Positions 37,091 to 64,000 of a stretch of DNA of 64,000 nucleotides are shown here, piece after piece. The notes under the pieces are model-generated. The model did not search any database and had not been told where the DNA came from. It saw only the letters and a program-made list of their open reading frames with translations. How positions within the stretch are numbered: position 1 is the stretch's first letter; the number at the start of each line of letters is the position of its first letter. The position numbers and the translations under genes are program-made. Source of the stretch: Phoronis australis (taxonomy: Eukaryota > Animalia > Phoronida); contig NMRA01000008.1 of assembly GCA_002633005.1 (NCBI GenBank), positions 1-64,000 of the forward strand, read 5' to 3'.

Positions 37091-37943
37091 TACTCCTGGT
37101 CAGGAGGGATTTACTTTATCTATTCCTCTGTTACTGTTTGACCGGTGATATAATAAGTTATTCTTGTTATGTTTTGGATGAGTTACACTGGTGTGTACCT
37201 ATTGTGAGATTTGAGAATAGTAACGTGTTTTTTTTCTTTGCTGTTTCGTGTCATTTCCACAATCCTCGTTAGTTGAAATTGAAAACGAAGTTACAACTAT
37301 TTTAGCTAAGACCGGGACTTAAGACCTTTGATAAAATGGTCACCAGATTTTCACCCTTTCAGAAAGAAACTAGCTTTATATGTTCTGGTCTGCTCCTAAC
37401 TAATGAAAATACTGTTGACCTGTCTCACTTTTGGCGAAGTTTTCAAAAGCTGCACAAACATATGTAATGTAGTTTTTTAAACAAAGTGTCTTGGCAACTT
37501 AATACATAATCACCTCGTTCATGACTTTAACAGATTAAGACTGGTTTCCAAAGGCTATGCTTTCGGTTTTTTAATCATGGCCCCTATGTACCCCCTCGCC
37601 CCAACTAAAAATGTACTGCATGGATTCTCAAAAAATGTACCAGTTGTGCTTTTTGGCCTATGTGAACATGTGGTAAAGGTGTCATTGAACATGAAATTTG
37701 ACAGGTGACACTTGTAGATCATGGTCAGGTAGTTACACGGAACTCTTCACAAATCAACAAAACATACATGGGACAAGTTTCTTCTTACTCAGATCAGGTT
37801 ATGAAAAGAAACCTTTCACCAGTGTATGAAAATGTTAATGTGTACATAATTATGTAATTGCTTGTACATTTTGTATTTACAAAAGGTCTAGTTTTACTAT
37901 GGTTTGTTTATTTTGTATTCCATTACCTGTGGTGGCAAACTGG

Positions 37944-39795
37944 TTTTTATGTGCCCACATATTTATATGGAGTTGCATATTGCCGTCATCTCTGTCTGTC
38001 CGGGTGTCCGGCGTCTGCAGCTGTATCTCCTAAATCCCTCACAGGATCTTGATGAGATTTGGCAGTTGTGTTCCTATGAAGCTCACGACCTATAACGACG
38101 TATTTCGGACCTCTCCGACTACCGGTGTGCCCCCTAGTGGCAGTTTTAGTTTTGTACTCTTACATCTGTATCTTGAAAAGTCCTCAATGTATTTTCATAA
38201 AATTTGGAATATAGCCATCTGTTAGTGAGATGAAACTGTCCTCTCGTTTTCGGATGGATTCGAGGTAGTTTGTGCCACCTAGTGGCCATTTTTACTGTTT
38301 TCGAGAGTGAGTGTGGTTTTTGGCGTTATCCCTCTATCAACCAAATCGCTCTAAGGATTTTTGTGAAAATTGGCATGTATGATTTTACTATGAAGAGGAT
38401 GGCTGATGATTTTCCGATGACTTTGAGTACTTTGGTGCCTCCTAGTGGCAGTTTTTTTTTACGCCCATGGCTATATCTCCTAAACAGTTTGCAGGATCTT
38501 TACAAAATTTAGCAAGTGTATTTATATGATTTTGACAACAAACGACGATGACCATTACAGCGTTCTGTCGTTCAGTAACTTTTCCAGACGTGAGGGGTGC
38601 TGAACGTGCGATAACATCTGGCTCTTTTGTTAACTGCCCAGCTTGTCCCGTATGATAACAAGCAGGCCAATTATCTCCCAGGCTACCAAGTAAACATATG
38701 GTGGTTGCACGCTATTACCGAACGCGTATTCAAAACACAGTCAAACCCAGTGCGTTGGTAATCCGTTTGGACAGAATAGATTGTCTTAAATTCTGTTGTA
38801 GTTGGGCGGTTTTGGTGATTCAAAAACTTAACATGATCAGCATTTGACGAGGAATTCAGAAAATGCTATTGGTTGAAGCTCAAATATGTTATAATTTAAC
38901 TTTCACATTTTTATCAGCCCAGCCCAGTCAGGCTAGATATGATCTGATTGGAGATTAGAGCAATTATCGAGCAAAAGAGTGCAGGCCCTCCAACCATAAA
39001 TGCCAGAATGGAGTTAATCAGTCGTGTAAGATATTAGCTACAGGGGTAAACTTCCCAACTTGTTGTTGGGCTATAGAATCGAACAAGTTGGGAGCAACGG
39101 GATGTCGCTGTCATGCTGTCGCACATATCAGACCACCAGTGTCCCCACTAGTGGCAATTTTAGTTTTTTATGTTTACCTATGTACATTCAAAGGTCCTCA
39201 ATGGAGTTCCATTTGAATATAGGCATGTATTGTTGTGGTTACGCTATCCTCCCATTTTCGAATGGATTCGAGGTATTTTGCACCACCTAGTTGCCATTTT
39301 TACTGTTTTTGAGTTTTTTGGCATCTACCCCTCTATCAACCAAACCATTCTAAGAATGATTTTGAAAATTGGTGTGTACTCGGTGTGAAAAGGACGGTTA
39401 CGCTGACAACTTTGGTCACTGTGGCACCTCCTAGTGGTGGTTTTGTTTTGTTTTGCGACCATAGCTGTATCTCCTAAACCCACTCCAGGATCTTTATTGA
39501 ATTTAGTAAGTGTATTTATATGAAGCTAACAATAGACCATGACTTTGAGGCAGACGCTGCGCACCCTAGTGGCAATTTCATTTTTTTCGGCTTTCCTTTG
39601 TTTCTCTGAAGTTCCTCGACAGATTTTTATGAAATTTGGGGAATAGCGTTCTATTAAAGAAGCGATGACATGTTCTGTTTCAGATCGATTGCGCCATCTA
39701 GTAGCCATTTTTATGATAGAAATGAACAACTTTAGAAGCACATTGTTTGCGGTGCATTTGTGGGCGCATTTCAACGCTCTGCGTTGCTCTTGTTT
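37944..39795 (+). mobile_element. HINE family 1, copy D (longer array, nested insertion)
   Basis: Reverse-complement homolog of copy B with the same termini; two runs of internal repeats separated by 38553-39115. Confidence 0.78.
38553..39115. mobile_element. Putative TIR element nested in HINE copy D
   Basis: Imperfect terminal IR cattacagcg..cgtt / aacg..cgctgtcatg; sequence unrelated to the host element. Confidence 0.4.
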
Positions 39796-40380
39796 AAGCT
39801 GTAGTTATATTTTTGTAGTGGTGCTCATAGTAAACGTAGGCCCCAGGAAACATGACACTGGGTCTACCTGACCCATTCTCGCATAGCATTCACCCCCTAT
39901 CCTCTCCCCAACAACAGAATCATAACACATAATTTTATGAAAGTAAAAAGCCGGATTCTATTTTCGTTTTTTTTTTACCAGTTAAAGAGGGCAAAATGCA
40001 GCATTACAGGAAATTTCAAATAGACAAGTTTCATTTGTTATTATAGACTCTTGACACAGTGCAGTCTCTGGCATTTTTGCCCTTGATTTTTCATATAAAT
40101 CTCTTATTGCATTTTCTGGAGGCTTCTCCACTGTTGGTCAGGGCTGTGTGGTGAGGATGAGGGCCCGGATTTTCCAGGACTGATCTGTGATATTTGGCTT
40201 CAGTGGTATGACAATAGTTAAAATAAATATCAAATTAATTTGTCATTGGACTGATAGTTAACCTCTGAATCTAGTGGGAACCAGTCCCCTGACTTCTTGC
40301 CATTGTCCAGTCATGATGGTGCGGACATTTTGTGAAAGTGTGAATACATTCAAGGCTCACTTCATATATACATGGATATA

Positions 40381-40402
40381 TGTGTGTGTGTGTGTGTGTG
40401 TG
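40381..40402. repeat. (TG)11 microsatellite
   Basis: Direct reading. Confidence 0.95.
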
Positions 40403-43400
40403 ACTGACCTTGAAGAATGAAGGAGCATTGTTTAGGTGCTTCTCTTGTTAATAACACATTTTGACTAACAGTGTAGGTGATGACGCATAATCAGTAGATT
40501 CCTGCGTGACAGTTTGCATTTTAGTCTATATTTTAATTGTTGGATTTAACTTGATCCCTGTGAAAACTGTACACTCACCCAGCTACTTTGAAGGTGTGCT
40601 GACCAAGTACATGTGTTCTGTTTTCTTATGCTGGACTCTCAGATCTGATTCATTTGCATACACACTGGTCAATGAGATTCCTTTTTATACGAATGTTAAT
40701 CGCACTTGTTATGACTTGACAATGTATTAGGTCCTTATACAATGCAATGCAATGCATTTTACGTTCCAGCTACATTTGTTCTTCAAATGTTGATTTATGC
40801 AATAATTGTGCTTGTGGCAGCACCAGTCCACCTATTTGCGTCGAAGTGCACGGGGCATTATAATTGGTTGGTGTAGAAATGGGCCCGTTCTCCTTTCTCT
40901 GTCAGACCTCTTGTAACTACATTAGATGGCTGTTATAGAAAGCTCGTGGGTAGATTCTGGAGTTTGTGAGGGGTTGGGGCTCATGGGGCCTTCCACTTAT
41001 CCTGCCCTCAGAGTTACAAACGCCGCTTCCAATTAGCCATCGTGCTCTAGTTCGATTTAACCACCACGGCAGGGGACCAGCAGCAAGGCTAGAGGTGTAT
41101 GGTTTGGCTGAACACGGCTACAAAAAGCCGCACGGTCCACAATGTATTGACCCGCAGCCGCCCTAGTTTGAACACCTTTGCATTAGCCATGCGAGTCTTG
41201 CGGGGTAAGTTAAGCAGTTTAGCTTTAATTTCGTGGTAAAGAATATATTTTGAACGAGGTCTGCAGTGTTGTTTTGTCGCCCGCCGTCAAAAACATTCCA
41301 CTCGTTTCCTAAACTGAGCGTATTTCTTAGCACTCCACAAACAAGTTGTTTAAGATAGCGCGAAGTTACTGCAAATTTTTGTGTAGTTCCATTTGAAATG
41401 GTGTGACTGGAAAGCCTTAGTTTTCAATTTTTGCGAAATGTATAAGGTGGTGGGGAATACGGAAATAAATTATGTAAACTGCATATGTCAGTTATTGATT
41501 TTTACGGCATGTGTCTTTTTGAATTTTAAAATTTTCTGAAGTTTAAGCTGTGAGTGAGCGCTGAGTCAAATCTGTCTCTGATGGATTGATGGTATCGCAA
41601 GGGGGAGCCCAGGGGCAGTGTTCATAGGACAGGGCGTTCGCTATATCCCTTGAGGGTCAACGCAAATGGTGAGCTACGAGCTGTGCTATCTACCTGACCT
41701 GATAGCTCGCGTTACCTTTGAGTGAACTACGTTGTTCCTTGGAGCATCCGCACGGTAAAATCTTACTGTGTCAATGTTGGTTACTACCAACATTTAAGTT
41801 AATGTACACGCGAAGTATTCTTTTACGAGCATTTAGTTAATGAAACTAGTTAATTGTAATTTATTGAGAGAATCACAAACACTCTCGGAGTGACACTCGT
41901 GTTCGTTTTTCCATCCAATAGGCCTATGTTATAGGAACACTCTTCTTTGGAGGAACTCACACGACATGTATTTCCGTACAATGGCGCGTTTTGGTCCATC
42001 TGTGATTATGAATGCATTATCACAATACACTTCAGTGGCTTTACAGAAGAAAAAGCGCGTTACCTCCGTTCTCATTTTATAGGTCCGTCTACTTTACATT
42101 ATTTAAACGGTAATGTTTTCAAACTTTTATGTTCTAAAACATTAAATATTTTCCCCTAAGTCTAACAAACTAGCAAATATTTGCGTTTTACATGTATATA
42201 AAATCATTACGTTCTGGTGACATATCTTGAGGAAAGTCGCGCCCAGTTTTATTGAAAATAATCCGTATCAGCAGTCCCATCTCTTGCCAAGCTCAATTTC
42301 CACGTTGCACGGTGTTCGTATTTAACACCTCACAAAAGTCCCTAGAAAAGCCCGCTCCCAACTGAGCCCACAGGTTACCTTTCGGAATTTTGATCGAATT
42401 ATACCCAGTGGGACTTGACCTATCTACGTAGGGTTAGACAGTCTTGCTGCGACGTTACACACGAGCGTCCGGCTGGGTACATTTTTTATGAATGTAGTTC
42501 TTTCTAGACTAACTGGAATTCTTTTTTCATAAGCCGCAATTCTATTCGTCCGAACTAAGTTCTTTTCTCATAAACCGCTTATTTTCCTTTTACGTCTATC
42601 TCTGAGAAGGGACGAGTTCCTTGTGCTTGACGCTACTGACTGAAGATTGCCACAATGTAAGACTTCATGTAGCCTTGTCCACACTACTTCGTTTTCTTTT
42701 GTTCTTTTTCTTTGGGTTTTCAAAAAATTCTCTGTCCACATGTATGCATACTTGATGTTCTCTGTTTGCATCAATACGAACGGTGTGTAACGCAATTTTT
42801 TTCGTTTCTTCGCGTTTTTAATGTTTTTGGTTTTGGATACTTGTGGAGGTATCCCGGCATATCAGTAGAGAAAAAGTTGTGATTTCAAAAAGTTCTACTC
42901 TGGAGAATTGCGGTATACGTGAAAAGAACTGCTGTTCATATGAAAAGAAGGGCATTGGTGAGAAAAACGAGAATGTTGTCCGTTAGGAGGCGACCCCAAC
43001 AACACGACTTGAACGTAGCTCCTCACTTATGAACACTTTTCACGTACTTGTTAACTCAAATAACAGGCTAATTCGCACAGTAATAATTTATTAATTCATG
43101 CAGTTCACAATTATTAATTTACACTAGTAATTTGCCTGCGTAATGTTCATTCATTTGGCTAACGATACTTGCTGCCGACGCTTATTTTTGTTTGTGCCAC
43201 GTTTTTGTTATGAAAAAATACATTCTTATATATTCTGATATTTTTGAAACACATATTATCGTTTTGTTTGTGAATCATTGACTTTTAAATAAAAAATGTA
43301 ATCAGATTTGTTAGAGCGACTATTATTTTGAGCTCCTCTCACAAAAACAACTTTTGATTTAGACCACTTACCGCGCTTTGAAATTAATCTCGAAATGTCT

Positions 43401-43589
43401 GAGAGTTACCATTACTAATGAACTCGCGATCGCCAATGACAACTGCGTGTGTTCACATGTAGTGCATGGGTATATGGGTGTGTTTTAAGGTTTTGCTACT
43501 AACTGACTGCATAGTAACATAAAACGAGTAAAAGATCGCTGCCAACTCTCTGGATGACCCAGCGTCCGGTTCGACGGACTTCTAAAAGC

Positions 43590-43721
43590 TTTTGACCTCT
43601 GACCCATGACTTTGTTTGAACTATAGGCCATGGGCACGTGACCGGTTTAGCCCAATGAAAAGCTTGTTTGGCTTAGATGGCTCTGGTGTTGGTGACAGAA
43701 AGAAGAAATTAGTACTGAGAA
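43590..43721 (+). promoter_or_regulatory. Probable PPP2R5C/D proximal promoter / 5' UTR
   Basis: E-box GCACGTGAC (43634-43642), CCAAT (43652-43656) and DR1-like TGACCTCTGACCC (~43594) within 130 bp of ATG 43722; motif match only. Confidence 0.4.
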
Positions 43722-63498
<19,777 letters not shown>

Positions 63499-64000
63499 TA
63501 AGTGAAAATCCATTCCTTTGCTTGCTTATAATACTGTTTTGATTCAACAGACAGAAAAAAGGGTAAGGGCTCATGTTTCACATGTTACTATAACACTGGT
63601 AAGGATGCCAGCTAGCTACCGAGTGACTCCATTCTGTTGTATATTTCTAATGAAAATGCTTCCACTTGATCTGTGTTTGACCAAATAGCCTTGGCAAGGT
63701 TTTGAGTACCCTTCTTGGCAAGTATGTGCTTTAGTTTATGTAGTTTATATACAAAGCTAAAAATTAGATCAGCAAAAGTATTTGTGTTAAGCATATGTCC
63801 AGATTGTGAATGGCTGGTGTTTCAAGCTCAGTTTCCTGGGTTATAAAAAGGAGATTGGAAGTAGGCGGAAATAGGTTATTTGTTATGACTGAGGAAAAGT
63901 ACAACTGTTACACAAAACCATGATAAAATATTATCATTTGATAAAATGAGGTGTATATATAATCAATTGACTTGAAAGATGGCCTCAAGAGGTGTATTTT

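Overview
This is eukaryotic DNA: an AT-rich, intron-rich animal scaffold, probably from a highly heterozygous bilaterian invertebrate. It has two N-gaps and four single-N joins (712, 10470, 30769, 47906). Most ORFs in the supplied track are spurious because the real genes are spliced. Four protein genes could be rebuilt by hand: one HDAC8 exon (+, 545-657); NEMF/Rqc2 (-, 20 phase-consistent exons from ATG 22454 to 1284, 3' end missing at the N at 712); an ENTPD5/6-family nucleoside diphosphatase (+, 23898-37090, with the first two coding exons duplicated across a gap and exon 6 corrupted); and a PP2A B56 gamma/delta regulatory subunit (+, ATG 43722, running off the window). The introns are full of mobile DNA. 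There are four copies of a DINE-1/HINE-like Helentron derivative whose ~145-165 bp internal repeats each carry a CTCF-consensus motif, and a second HINE-like family with YY1/ETS motifs. There is also a Helitron with a canonical 3' end, a BEL/Pao remnant, several MITEs, and a Penelope-like element with an inverted pseudo-LTR and minimal hammerhead ribozyme motifs nested in a LINE remnant. The best leads are the CTCF-array-bearing rolling-circle element and the intronic Penelope hammerhead. Several other oddities are most likely assembly artefacts.
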